Source: Candidatus Hydrothermarchaeum profundi
Lineage (GTDB): Archaea; Hydrothermarchaeota; Hydrothermarchaeia; Hydrothermarchaeales; Hydrothermarchaeaceae
NCBI GenBank assembly: GCA_002011125.2
Contig: MTMF02000009.1
Coordinates: 299,906-363,905 of the forward strand
DNA length: 64,000 bases
Direction: 5' to 3'
Shown here: in pieces, positions 41,345 through 51,735 of the stretch
Position numbering within the stretch: position 1 is the stretch's first letter
Layout of the letters: each line of letters starts with the position of its first letter
Program-made: the position numbers and the translations under genes
Notes under the pieces: model-generated
Told to the model about the DNA's origin: nothing
The model's input: the letters and a program-made list of their open reading frames with translations, nothing else
The model's database searches: none

Positions 41345-42508
41345 ATGGTTGCAAAGAATAAAATCCGTCTTGCTTTCTTAATCAACTCTTTCACTGTAGG
41401 CGGTGCTGAAAAAGCTTTAGTAAGGATTTTATCTTCTCTTAACACGGAAAAGTATGAAATAACTGTAATTTCCTTGAGAAAAGATGGAGGAGAAATTCTC
41501 TCAGATTTAAAGATGCTTCAAACTGATTTGGTAGATTTAGATGCGTCATCTAAAATAGATATTTTTGCCATCTATCGTTTATTCAAGTTGATAAGAGAAA
41601 AAAAAATTGATGTTTTGATAGCATCGCTCTTCCATTCCACTATTATAGCTAGAGTTATAGGAAGACTTGCAGGTGTACCAACCATTATGAATTGGGAGCA
41701 TAACGAGAACTTTGGCGGATTACATAGAATATTATTGAATAGGTTGACTCACAGCTTGTCCGACAGGATTATAGCAGATTCAGAACATGTGAAAAAGGCC
41801 GTAATTAAGACACTTAAAGTAGATGAAAGTAAAGTGTCTACAGTACCAATTGGTGGGATAAATATAGAAGAGTTTACGCCCATTGATTACTTTAAATCGA
41901 AAGATAAGTTAACTATTGGGTCTGTCGGTATATTATCAAAACAAAAAGGGTATGAATATTTGCTAGAAGCTATAAAGACTATAAACAGCAGATACAAAAA
42001 CATTAGATTCGTAATAGTCGGGGATGGATCAGAAAGAAAGAAGCTTGAGAGAATGGCAGAAAAGTTATCAATACAGAATGTAGAATTTTGGGGATATAGG
42101 AAAGATATACCCAATATCTTGGCAACTTTTGACATTTATGTACAACCATCTTTATGGGAGGGACTGTGTATATCTGTAATAGAAGCGATGGCTTGTGGGC
42201 TGCCCATTGTCGCAACTAAAGTAGGGGGTATACCTGAATCTATTATCGATGGAGAAAATGGCTTCTTAGTTCCACCAAGAAATCATGAAAAACTTTCTGA
42301 GGCACTTAGTAAGTTGATTGAAGACCCTAAACTTAGAGAATTAATGGGAAAAAGGAACAGAGAAAAAGCAAAAACAAAATATTCCTTGAGAAAAATGATA
42401 AAAAAATTGGAAAAAATTGTAGATACGGAAATAAAAAATAAGGATCCTCGATATGACTCAAATCAAAGTTCTTCATATAATAACACGCTTTCTCAAGGGC
42501 GGCACTGA
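41345..42508 (+). CDS. GT4 glycosyltransferase
   Basis: GGAEK, KQKG, EGLCISVIEAM, VGGIPE. Confidence 0.9.
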   Translation: MVAKNKIRLAFLINSFTVGGAEKALVRILSSLNTEKYEITVISLRKDGGEILSDLKMLQTDLVDLDASSKIDIFAIYRLFKLIREKKIDVLIASLFHSTIIARVIGRLAGVPTIMNWEHNENFGGLHRILLNRLTHSLSDRIIADSEHVKKAVIKTLKVDESKVSTVPIGGINIEEFTPIDYFKSKDKLTIGSVGILSKQKGYEYLLEAIKTINSRYKNIRFVIVGDGSERKKLERMAEKLSIQNVEFWGYRKDIPNILATFDIYVQPSLWEGLCISVIEAMACGLPIVATKVGGIPESIIDGENGFLVPPRNHEKLSEALSKLIEDPKLRELMGKRNREKAKTKYSLRKMIKKLEKIVDTEIKNKDPRYDSNQSSSYNNTLSQGRH

Positions 42509-43604
42509 GAAAAATGTCTTATATTCAATAGAAGCGCTCCCTAAGGAGAAATACCGAGTAGAACTTATGGTAGGCAGGGACTCTGATTTATCACTTATAC
42601 CAAATTCAATTAAAGTCATAAAAATTGATAGCCTTGTCCGAAGTGCTAATTTATTGAGTAATCTTCAGGCAGTAATTGAGATTTACAAAATTCTAAAAAT
42701 TGGAAAGTACGACATCGTTCACACACACCAAGCCAATGCAGGTATGGCAGGAAGATTGGCTGCGAAGCTTGCTGGTGTGCCGATAATAATTCATGGATTG
42801 CATGGTTCTACCTTTTATCCCACCCAGAATATGATAGTAAGAAAATTTTATGTGCTATTAGAAAAAATGGCAGCAAAATTTACCACCTGTTTCATCAGCG
42901 TTGGATATGACCTGAGAGACAGATATCTCAAGGTAGGGATAGGGAAAAGGAAGGATTACTATATAATCAGGAGCGGAATCGAGCTTGAAAAATTTTCCAA
43001 TGCAGGTAATATGCACCATGAAGATATCCGTAACAAGAGAAAAGAGTTTGAGGCAAATGAGGATGATGTCCTTATAAGTGTAGTAGCTGCATTAGAGCCA
43101 AGAAAAGGGCATATTTATATGATAGAGGTTGCTAAAAGACTACGGGATAAAAACGTAAAGTTTCTTTTCGTTGGTGATGGATGGTATAAAGAAAAGTTGC
43201 AAAAGAAAGTTTTAGAAGAAGGACTTGAAGATAAAATAAAATTTCTTGGATATAGAGAAGATGTAGAAAAAGTTATGGCTGCGTGTGACATCCTAGCGCT
43301 TACATCCCTATGGGAAGGACTACCTCAAGTGTTAGTCCAGGGGGCTGCAGTTGGAAAACCAATGGTTTCTTTTGCTGTAGAGGGTGCCAATGACATTATA
43401 AAAAATGGTGTTAATGGATTTGTGGTTCCTATTGAAGATGTAGATGGATTTGCAGAAAAACTTAAATATCTCATTGAAAATCCTGAAGAGGCAAGAAAGA
43501 TGGGAAAAAAAGGCAGAGAAATAATAGGTGATGAATGGGAAATATCAAAGATGCAAAAAAAAATTAGAGAGCTTTATGACGGTTTAGTAGAAAAACATCT
43601 ATGA
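42453..43604 (+). CDS. GT4 glycosyltransferase
   Basis: GGTEK, HTH, RKGH, EGLPQVLVQG. Confidence 0.9.
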   Translation: MTQIKVLHIITRFLKGGTEKNVLYSIEALPKEKYRVELMVGRDSDLSLIPNSIKVIKIDSLVRSANLLSNLQAVIEIYKILKIGKYDIVHTHQANAGMAGRLAAKLAGVPIIIHGLHGSTFYPTQNMIVRKFYVLLEKMAAKFTTCFISVGYDLRDRYLKVGIGKRKDYYIIRSGIELEKFSNAGNMHHEDIRNKRKEFEANEDDVLISVVAALEPRKGHIYMIEVAKRLRDKNVKFLFVGDGWYKEKLQKKVLEEGLEDKIKFLGYREDVEKVMAACDILALTSLWEGLPQVLVQGAAVGKPMVSFAVEGANDIIKNGVNGFVVPIEDVDGFAEKLKYLIENPEEARKMGKKGREIIGDEWEISKMQKKIRELYDGLVEKHL

Positions 43605-43690
43605 AATCTCTAATAAGCGGTCTGCAGGTTTTATCGGCCCTCATATGATAGAGAGATTCATAAAAGATAGTGCTGGAGTAGCATGAAGCC
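43601..43690 (+). pseudogene. 5' stub of an NAD-dependent epimerase
   Basis: ATG overlaps the preceding stop; MKSLISG/SAGFIGPHMIERFIKD retains the GxxGFIG Rossmann motif and then decays. Confidence 0.55.
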
Positions 43691-43807
43691 TGATAATTAA
43701 GGAGTATACAGCTTAGGGAGAAGCAAAAGAAATGATGAAGAAATAACGAATTCAAGCTTTTACAAGCCAAAAAACAACTTTAAATATCTTCTTCCCAATC
43801 TAAGGAT

Positions 43808-44806
43808 ATGGAGTTCCTATTGATACTGCTCTTAGGAAGCATAAGCTTCCTCATAACCTTCATTTCCCTGCCCTCATGGATACGGAGAGCAAAAAAAACA
43901 GGCTTTACCGGGAAAGATGTCCATAAAGGAAATAGCGAAGTAGCCGAGCTTGGAGGCATCACAATAATACTAGGGGTAGTAGCCTCCCTACTAATATATA
44001 TCGCCCTCGAGACCTTCATTTTCAAGGGAAACTCCCTGAACTTTCTTCTCGCAGCTATAACAACCATACTCATCGCCACCATGATAGGCATGACCGACGA
44101 CATGCTGGGCTGGCAGATCGGCCTGAGGCAGAGAGAAAAAGTGCTCCTGACCTTCCTTGTGCCAATACCTATGATGGCGGTGAACGCTGGCCACAGCATG
44201 ATGCGCTTCCCTTTTCTCGGCGACATAGAATTCGGCATATTGTACCCACTACTGATCATACCAATAGGAATAATAGGAACCACCAACGGCTTCAACATGC
44301 TAGCTGGCTACAACGGTCTTGAGGCAGGGATGGGGACGATAATACTCTCAGCCATGGGATACATAGCATGGAGAGTAGGAGACATCCCAGCAGTAGTGAT
44401 ATGCATATCCATGATCGCAGCACTAATAGCCTTTCTCTACTATAACAAATACCCCTCCAAAGTATTCCCAGGAGACGTACTGACCTACCCACTAGGGGCA
44501 ATGATATCTGTAGTGGCAATCCTAGCTAACATAGAGAGGTTCGCGGTCATGCTATTCTTCCCCTACTATATAGAGCTCCTTTTCAAGGCGAGAGGCAAGT
44601 TCAGGCCAGAATGGCCTGCAATGGTTCTAGAGGACGGAAGCCTAACAGTAAAAGACAAATGCTACAGCGTACCACACCTAGCAATAAAAATACTGAGAAA
44701 AATCAAGGGAAAAGCCTACGAATATGAGGTCGTACTACTGATACTAGCCTTCCAACTACTAGTGGCCTTGATCACCCTCTACTCCTTCGGACTGCCAGTA
44801 TTCTAA
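43808..44806 (+). CDS. Polyprenyl-phosphate HexNAc-1-phosphate transferase (AglH/GPT/MraY-like)
   Basis: GKDVHK, ELGG, GMTDD, NGFNMLAGYNGLEAG, NKYPSKVFPGD. Confidence 0.9.
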   Translation: MEFLLILLLGSISFLITFISLPSWIRRAKKTGFTGKDVHKGNSEVAELGGITIILGVVASLLIYIALETFIFKGNSLNFLLAAITTILIATMIGMTDDMLGWQIGLRQREKVLLTFLVPIPMMAVNAGHSMMRFPFLGDIEFGILYPLLIIPIGIIGTTNGFNMLAGYNGLEAGMGTIILSAMGYIAWRVGDIPAVVICISMIAALIAFLYYNKYPSKVFPGDVLTYPLGAMISVVAILANIERFAVMLFFPYYIELLFKARGKFRPEWPAMVLEDGSLTVKDKCYSVPHLAIKILRKIKGKAYEYEVVLLILAFQLLVALITLYSFGLPVF

Positions 44807-44930
44807 TGACGGGGCGTGGTAAAGAAACTCAAAAATACTTACAAGCGAAGGTTGGAAAATATAGAATCAAGCATGAATGTCTTATTTACAAGACAAAAAG
44901 CATTTAAATATTCTATATATAGAACAAAAT

Positions 44931-46257
44931 ATGACAGAGAAAACGAATGCTATAGTTGTTTTAAAGGAATGGTTTGAGAGTAATTTGCCAGAAACGATCG
45001 AAAGAGAAGTAGCTTATAGAGACTTTATTCCTCTAAAACAATGTCTTGGTATAATAGGCGTTAGAAGAGCGGGTAAAACCTTCTTTATGTTCCAGTTAAT
45101 AAAAGAAATCAAGAAAAACGTAATATATGTTAATCTTGAAGACCGCAGACTTATGCCTTTAACAGAAAAGAGCCTTGACACAATCTATGAAGCCTTTATA
45201 GAGAATTTCGATTATGACAAAAATGAAAGGCTCTTTTTCTTTCTAGATGAAGTACAAAATGTTCCTTCATGGGAAAGGTTTGTTAGAAATTTCTACGACA
45301 AAGGCACGATAAAGTTTTTTTATCTCAGGCTCTTCTTCGAAGATTCTGAAAACAGAGCTTTCCACTCTACTAACCGGTAGGATAATAACAATAGAGATGT
45401 GCCCATTTTCTTTCAGGGAATTCCTTAAGGCAAAAGGATACGATGAAGAGCTAAAAGATAAGCTTTTATTTTACTCTCCAAAGATTCATGAGATAAAAAG
45501 ACTTTTTAGGGAGTATCTAGAACTAGGAGGTTTTCCAGAGTGCGTTTTAACCGAGAAAGAAAATATCAAATTAACTCTCCTGCGGGAATATCTAGACGGG
45601 ATAATAAATAGAGACATTATATCTCGATATAAAATCAAAAACAGAGCCCTACTTGAAAATCTAGTGAACTACCTTTTCTCATGCGTTTCCTCTCCCTTCA
45701 GCTTTTCTAAGGCGCATAGGTTCTTCAAATCACAGGGGATAAAGGTAGGGAAGCAAACCCTCATCGAGTATTTTTCATATCTAAACCAAGTCTTTCTCTT
45801 CTTTTCAACGCCGATATTCTCCTATAAAATAAAAGACGCTATGAGATACCCAGTAAAAATTTACTGCATAGATAATGGATTTTTAAAAGTAGCCACACCA
45901 AAAATTTCAGAAGATTTTGAGAAACTTGCAGAGAACCTTGTTTTTATAGAGTTAAAAAGAAACTCTACCCCATTTGAAAGAATTTTTTATTGGAAAGATA
46001 AGAAAGGGAGGGAAGTAGATTTTATCATAAAAGATGAATTAAAAGTTAAACAACTAATTCAAGTCTGCTGGGATATAAGCGACCCTGATACCAAACAAAG
46101 AGAACTAAAAGCCCTAATAAAAGCCATGGAGGAATTCAAGCTAAATGAGAGCTTAGTGATCACGGGAGACCATGAAGGAGAAGAAGTGATAAAAAACAAA
46201 AAAATAGTCTACAAGCCCCTATGGAAATGGATACTAGAAGACAAAGGCCCCCTTTAA
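44931..46257 (+). pseudogene. COG1373-type AAA+ ATPase (DUF4143), frameshifted at a T7 tract (45315-45321)
   Basis: GVRRAGKT, LDEVQ; removing one T gives KFFISGSSSKILKTELSTLLTGR in frame with ORF 45397-46257. Confidence 0.85.
46121..46241 (+). repeat. ~120-bp direct repeat shared with 49884-50004 (3' ends of two ATPase genes)
   Basis: AAGCCATGGAGGAATTCAAGCTAAA...AAAATAGTCTACAAGCCCCTATGGAA; about 17 mismatches in 121 nt by hand count. Confidence 0.9.
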
Positions 46258-46320
46258 AAAAAGAACAAGCCTCCCTAGAGCCTACTAAAAGAAAATTCGT
46301 AGAGCATAAATTTTTTCCAA

Positions 46321-46707
46321 TTAAGGAATAGTGACTACCCTTTCCTTTACCGCAACCTTCCTCTGTTTTTGATCCAAAGTAAGCAACCTCGCACTCATCT
46401 CCTTGGCCAGCTCTATATAAAGAGAATCATATACCGTTAAATTTTCCCTCAATGCTAGGTTGAAGGCATTGCCCATAAGAGCTAGCTGAGATTTAAATTC
46501 TATAATTTCTGCAAACTTGATAAGCGCTCTATAACAAGTCCTTAAGGCTGCCTCATCGATTCTCGCCTGCTCAAATGCTATTGTAAGTGCATTTGCCGCC
46601 TCTTTTACCACCAAATCTAGACTGTAGAGGTCCTCATGTAAAAAGCTCTCTAGATCTTCTTCTCCAAGCAAGTACGCAACCAGCGCAGAAGCATCAATGA
46701 CTATCAC
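46321..46707 (-). CDS. VapC-family PIN-domain toxin
   Basis: MIVIDASAL, E, TVYDSLY, LLTLD. Confidence 0.9.
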   Translation of the reverse strand: MIVIDASALVAYLLGEEDLESFLHEDLYSLDLVVKEAANALTIAFEQARIDEAALRTCYRALIKFAEIIEFKSQLALMGNAFNLALRENLTVYDSLYIELAKEMSARLLTLDQKQRKVAVKERVVTIP

Positions 46708-46912
46708 GATCCTCCCTCAACAAGGCTGAAGCCGTGCCTTTCGGCACATTAACTCCCTTTAGCATCTCCCGAATTTCTTTAAGCTTCTGCTCTTTTTCAA
46801 CCTCCCTTATTTTCTTCAAAATAAAGCTCCTTACCTCTTCGCTCCAGTTAATCTTTACTTCCTTCATTCTTTTCTTAATTGCTTCAGGAACTTTAACGCT
46901 TACAACCGCCAT
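46694..46912 (-). CDS. VapB-type (RHH) antitoxin
   Basis: VVSVKVPE.IKKRM...INWSEEVRSFI...LLREDRD; overlaps vapC. Confidence 0.85.
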   Translation of the reverse strand: MAVVSVKVPEAIKKRMKEVKINWSEEVRSFILKKIREVEKEQKLKEIREMLKGVNVPKGTASALLREDRDSH

Positions 46913-46979
46913 GTAATACCATTGATATTACCATAATATAAACTTTTTGGTAATTATAAGGTAATACTTTGTATATTAC
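46913..46979 (-). promoter_or_regulatory. Two GTAATA-N7-TATTAC palindromes flanking a TATA box (vapBC autoregulatory operators)
   Basis: Copies at 46913-46931 and 46961-46979; TTTATATT on the minus strand between them. Confidence 0.7.
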
Positions 46980-47564
46980 CTTATGGTCTTTCCCAATTGT
47001 CTTATGAGCATTAGCTGAACTAAAGTGCTTCACAACAATAATATGCGTATTGTGAATAGCCTTTCTTCTAGTATACCAATACTTATAGTCCACACAAGTG
47101 TAAGAAAGCCCCTGAAGATGTCGCCTAAAATAATACCTCAAAAATCAAGAACGAACAAATAAAGGCGGAATGGCCCTATTTTCCAAGTCTGTGAGCAAAT
47201 TATCACCACCTCTCTATAGCATACTATAAAAGTTAGTGTAAGGGAAATCTAAGAGTGCTGGTAAAGGCAATTAACACTAAAAAAGCCACAGAAGGAGAAG
47301 ATGCAATAATTATTATAAAGTGATTATATGTGAGTCAGACTAGGGTATGGAAATAGCAATTATAGCTTTCCAATAATAGCCTTCCTATATAGCAGATACA
47401 TATCCTGAGTCTTTCCTAGACGCTAACCTACCCCTAGGGCCAACAATATACATAGCGACAATTCTGGCAAACAGAAAAAGATTCGCGGTAAAGTTCAAAA
47501 AGTATTACTAAATTATATGAAAAGAAAATAAGTATGGTTGTTAAAAAAAGAATAAGGTGCACCG

Positions 47565-47957
47565 ATGAGTTTAAAAAAGCAAACAGCGATGGAGGAGATC
47601 GTAGGCATCCTGAAAACTGTCAAATCAATAAGAGAGTTTGATAGGGTCGAGTTTGTGATTCTCCACGGCTCTAGGGCCTTCGGAAAAGGATTAGAAACTT
47701 CTGACTTAGACCTCTGTATATACTACAGGGGTACACCCGAGGAGATGTCCAGATTTAGATTGAAACTCCTTTCAAAGCTCCCCAGCTATGTAGATGTACA
47801 GATATTTCAGCAACTCCCTCTCTATGTGAGAAAAGAAGTGCTTAAAGGAAAGGTGCTCTTTGCGAAGGACAAAAAATTTCTGTACGAAGTAGCTCTAAAA
47901 ACAGTGAAAGATTTTGAAGCCTTTAAGCCACGGTTTTACGACTACATCTACAGGTAG
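47565..47957 (+). CDS. MNT nucleotidyltransferase antitoxin
   Basis: LHGSRA.G....SDLDLCI, DVQIFQQLPLY. Confidence 0.88.
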   Translation: MSLKKQTAMEEIVGILKTVKSIREFDRVEFVILHGSRAFGKGLETSDLDLCIYYRGTPEEMSRFRLKLLSKLPSYVDVQIFQQLPLYVRKEVLKGKVLFAKDKKFLYEVALKTVKDFEAFKPRFYDYIYR

Positions 47958-47964
47958 TGCTAAA

Positions 47965-48396
47965 ATGAGAGAAGACATTATAAGGACAAAAATAATTGAG
48001 ATCGAAGAGAGTATTAAACTAGTGAAAGAGCACCTGCCTGAGAATGTTGAAGAGTTTATCGCCTTAGGTCTGGTGAAAGACGGGATTTACAAGCGTATCG
48101 AGTTTGCGATTGAAAATGTGCTTGATATATGCGCCATAATAAACACCGACCTGGAACTCGGGATACCAGTAAGCGATGAAGACATAGTAGATAACCTAGT
48201 GAGAAATAGAATCCTGAGCAAAAAGATGGGAAGAACAATAAAGGAGATGAAGGGATTCAGAAACTTCCTAGTACATAGATATGGAAAAGTCGACGAACAC
48301 ATAGCCTTCGAGAATATAAAAGATGGCATGAAAGACTTTTTAAAGTTTATAGAGGAGGTAAAGAATTTCCTAAGCAGGTACCGATCAGAAAAATAA
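47965..48396 (+). CDS. HEPN (DUF86) RNase toxin
   Basis: GFRNFLVHRYG (Rx4H). Confidence 0.9.
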   Translation: MREDIIRTKIIEIEESIKLVKEHLPENVEEFIALGLVKDGIYKRIEFAIENVLDICAIINTDLELGIPVSDEDIVDNLVRNRILSKKMGRTIKEMKGFRNFLVHRYGKVDEHIAFENIKDGMKDFLKFIEEVKNFLSRYRSEK

Positions 48397-48721
48397 TATT
48401 TGTGACGCTTCTAAGGCTATAAATAAATTAACATTTGCTTGGTTTCTATCAAGCACAAAAACTCGTCTAATACTCGAAGACTACTTCCCAGTCATCCTTC
48501 AAAAGCGACTTATCAAACATATTTCACTACGTCTTGAAACTCTTCTTGTCCCTGTAAATAGATAAGAAGTATATAGTTTGTTTATTTCTTAAAAACTGAA
48601 AAAATATTAGTTCTGTTTTATCCTAAAACACCCCTATTAACAATTTTATAGATGACTATAATAGACCAAACTTTATAGTTTACTCGTAAAGAGGGAAAGA
48701 TTTATAAGTAACTTTCCCTAT

Positions 48722-50008
48722 ATGCAGAGCATGGATAAAGAAACAATAAAAGAACTCATAATCCTATCACAAGAACAAGAAGTAAAACTAATAAAACGAG
48801 ACCTAAAAATCCACTTCGCTGGCAGGATAAACAGCATAATTGGTCCTAGAAGAGCTGGAAAAACATTTTTTATATACCAAAACATAAAACAACTCAAGAA
48901 AAAAAACAAAGATAAAATTATATATATCAATTTCGAAGATGAACGGCTTTTACCCATTAAAAAACAAGACCTAGACCTAATCTTAGAAGCATATTACGAG
49001 CTATACCCAGAGAATAAAGGCGAGAAGCTTTACGTGTTTTTTGATGAAATACAAGCAGCTCCACATTGGCAGTACTTTGTTAGAAGACTCCACGACCAGG
49101 AAAACATAGAGATCTGTATCACTGGCTCTAGCTCAAGACTATTGAGCAAAGAGATAGCGACTCAGCTGCGGGGCAGGACGCTAACATATTTCATTTTCCC
49201 CTACTCCTTCAAGGAATTTCTAAAGGCTAAAGGCATAGCGCTAGAAAGACATTTCGAGTATAAACCTATCCTCTATAAAATAAAAAAACTACTAGAAGAG
49301 TACACAGAGTTCGGCGGGTTCCCAGAGATCACAGATAAAGACGACCTACTCAAGACCAAGATCCTCCAAGAGTATTTTGACCTAATATTCTACAAAGACC
49401 TAGTAGAGAGGTACAAAATAAGAAACTTTGACATAGTAAAAGAAATACAGCTATATCTCGTAAACAACTTCTCCTCTTATTTTTCTACAAACAAATACTA
49501 CAAACTCTTGAAGTCCCAAGGAAAAAAAGTAAGTAAAAACACCCTGTTCACCTATATTTCCTGCATAGAAGACATAAACTTCGCTTTTCTAGTCCCAAAA
49601 TACGGCAAGCTGAAGGAGCAATTCGCAAATCCCAAAAAAGTTTACATTATTGATACGGGCTTGATAAATGCGGTTGCCTTTAAAGTTTCAAAAGATATAG
49701 GCAGGTTATACGAAAATATCGTTTTCATAGAACTTAAAAGAAGGGGTAAAGAAGTATACTACTGGAAAAACAAGTACGAATGCGATTTTTTAGTCAAAGA
49801 AAGGGAGAAAATTAAGGAAGCGATACAGGTGTGCTATGAGATAACAGAGGAAAATAAGGAGAGGGAAGTTAATGGAATAGTAGAAGCCATGGAGGAATTC
49901 AAGCTAAAGGAAGGCCTGGTAATAACAGGGGACCATGAAGGAGAAGAGACAATAAAAGACAAAAAAATAGTCTACAAGCCCCTATGGAAGTGGCTACTAC
50001 AAGATTGA
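48722..50008 (+). CDS. COG1373-type AAA+ ATPase (DUF4143)
   Basis: GPRRAGKT, FDEIQ, TGSSS, GGFPE, ECDF...IQVC. Confidence 0.9.
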   Translation: MQSMDKETIKELIILSQEQEVKLIKRDLKIHFAGRINSIIGPRRAGKTFFIYQNIKQLKKKNKDKIIYINFEDERLLPIKKQDLDLILEAYYELYPENKGEKLYVFFDEIQAAPHWQYFVRRLHDQENIEICITGSSSRLLSKEIATQLRGRTLTYFIFPYSFKEFLKAKGIALERHFEYKPILYKIKKLLEEYTEFGGFPEITDKDDLLKTKILQEYFDLIFYKDLVERYKIRNFDIVKEIQLYLVNNFSSYFSTNKYYKLLKSQGKKVSKNTLFTYISCIEDINFAFLVPKYGKLKEQFANPKKVYIIDTGLINAVAFKVSKDIGRLYENIVFIELKRRGKEVYYWKNKYECDFLVKEREKIKEAIQVCYEITEENKEREVNGIVEAMEEFKLKEGLVITGDHEGEETIKDKKIVYKPLWKWLLQD

Positions 50009-50322
50009 CAATTTGAAGATACCTGAAAAACTCAGTACCAAAAAAGTGGGGGTAGGAAATGTAGAGAGAATAGTAAAGAGAAAAATAGAAAGACACTACA
50101 CGGAAAAAGAGCTCTCCTCTTCTCTTCAAATACTCGCCCACTATCCCCTCTAATACTCTAGGCTTCTTTTCCGCTGAGATATCACTAGCACCAAAAGCAT
50201 ATCTGCCGAAAAACCCTCCTCATTACGAAAAAAAGAAAGCCCAAAAAAAACTTTTCCTCAAACATATATACAAAGAAAAACAACCCAGATTCCAAGCATA
50301 AATATGAGGAGAATATCACAGA

Positions 50323-51543
50323 ATGATCCAATTCAAACACCTCATCTACTTACTAGTAGCCCTTACCTGGTTCGAGGGAGCAACCTTCAGGGAACACAGG
50401 ATAATAATACTCTACGGACTCCTCCTAGGCGGACTATGGCTGCTTTTTAACCTAAAAAAAATAATCACCCTAGAAATCTCATTCACAGAAAAAGGCTTCT
50501 ACCTTATAGGAGTATTACTACTATTCTGGACATGGGAAGCGCTTTCCCTAATATGGGCGAATGAAATCACACCAGTATCAGAGGAAAGGATATTCAACGT
50601 GATAGCAGCCGTAGGGTTCACAGTCCTCCTATTAGACCAGCTAAAAACCGATAGAGACTGGATAAACACCTACAAGATACTCGCCATAACAGGCACTACA
50701 TCCTCATTATTAGTACTCTATGAAGCCTACACGGGAACAATCCATAGGCCAACAGGCTACATCTCTCCTGACCCTAACTACACCGCCATGCACATCACAA
50801 TACTGCTACCACTTCTATACTACTTGGCTAAAGACCTCAAGTACCCGTTAAAAATCCCATTAATAGGCGGCATAATAATAACAGCACTAGCAACAGTATC
50901 AACAGGCTCCAGAGCCGGAATAATTTCCCTAATGATGATAGCGCTTATTATCTTCTACCAAGAACTAAAGGAGAAGGACATAAAGACCATAGCTTTAACT
51001 TTTCTTGCACTCCTAACCGTATTTTCCATAGCTGCAAGCATATCCCCAGAACTGCTATCCCCTGGCTTTAAGCGTTTCGAATCACTTATAGATATAGCAA
51101 AAGGAGAAACCAAGCCAGACTTCAGCGTCTCTAACAGGTACAGCTTAATAATCGCAGGAACAAAAATGATCGCTGACAACCCAATTCTAGGGGTAGGCAC
51201 GGGAAACTTCAGAAACAGAAGCCCCGAATATGGCGCCCTCCGCCCTAATGAAGCCCACAACACCTACATCGAAGTGGCAGGCGAACTGGGGATAATAGGT
51301 ATAGCAATCTTCCTAGGCTTGATTTATTTCGCAATTAAAAACTTCCAAAGCCTAGAAAAAAACAAGTATACAACAGGAGCTAAAATCTCCTTTATAGCGG
51401 TACTAATCAACTTCCTATTCCTTACCGCATTCACTGACCGCAGGTTCTACCTCCTAATAGCCCTTACAGTAGGAATGAGTCACGAGAAGCCTCTCACCTT
51501 AAGAGAGTTCCTACAATCAGCTAAAGAAAAGATAAGGCTATAA
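50323..51543 (+). CDS. O-antigen ligase family (WaaL/Wzy-like) membrane protein
   Basis: DPNY, TGSRAG, R, NPILGVGTGNF, AHNTYIEVAGELGIIG. Confidence 0.88.
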   Translation: MIQFKHLIYLLVALTWFEGATFREHRIIILYGLLLGGLWLLFNLKKIITLEISFTEKGFYLIGVLLLFWTWEALSLIWANEITPVSEERIFNVIAAVGFTVLLLDQLKTDRDWINTYKILAITGTTSSLLVLYEAYTGTIHRPTGYISPDPNYTAMHITILLPLLYYLAKDLKYPLKIPLIGGIIITALATVSTGSRAGIISLMMIALIIFYQELKEKDIKTIALTFLALLTVFSIAASISPELLSPGFKRFESLIDIAKGETKPDFSVSNRYSLIIAGTKMIADNPILGVGTGNFRNRSPEYGALRPNEAHNTYIEVAGELGIIGIAIFLGLIYFAIKNFQSLEKNKYTTGAKISFIAVLINFLFLTAFTDRRFYLLIALTVGMSHEKPLTLREFLQSAKEKIRL

Positions 51544-51735
51544 CTAGTGCTATCTCAAGTAGATAGCAAACAGAGACACCACTGCTCAAATAGTATTTAA
51601 AAAACTTAAAAAGAAGTCCATGCAGATTTGGAGGCTATTTTTATATAATTATGATTACATCTCAAATGATTTTCTTCTTCTAAAGTACTAATAAATCGTA
51701 CGAAAGTATTATATATCATACGATAAAGTCAGGCG

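Noticed and set aside
46980-47560. Long intergenic stretch including ORF 46893-47141
   Set aside because: No recognisable motifs or repeats; the ORF runs over the vapB promoter and is probably spurious.
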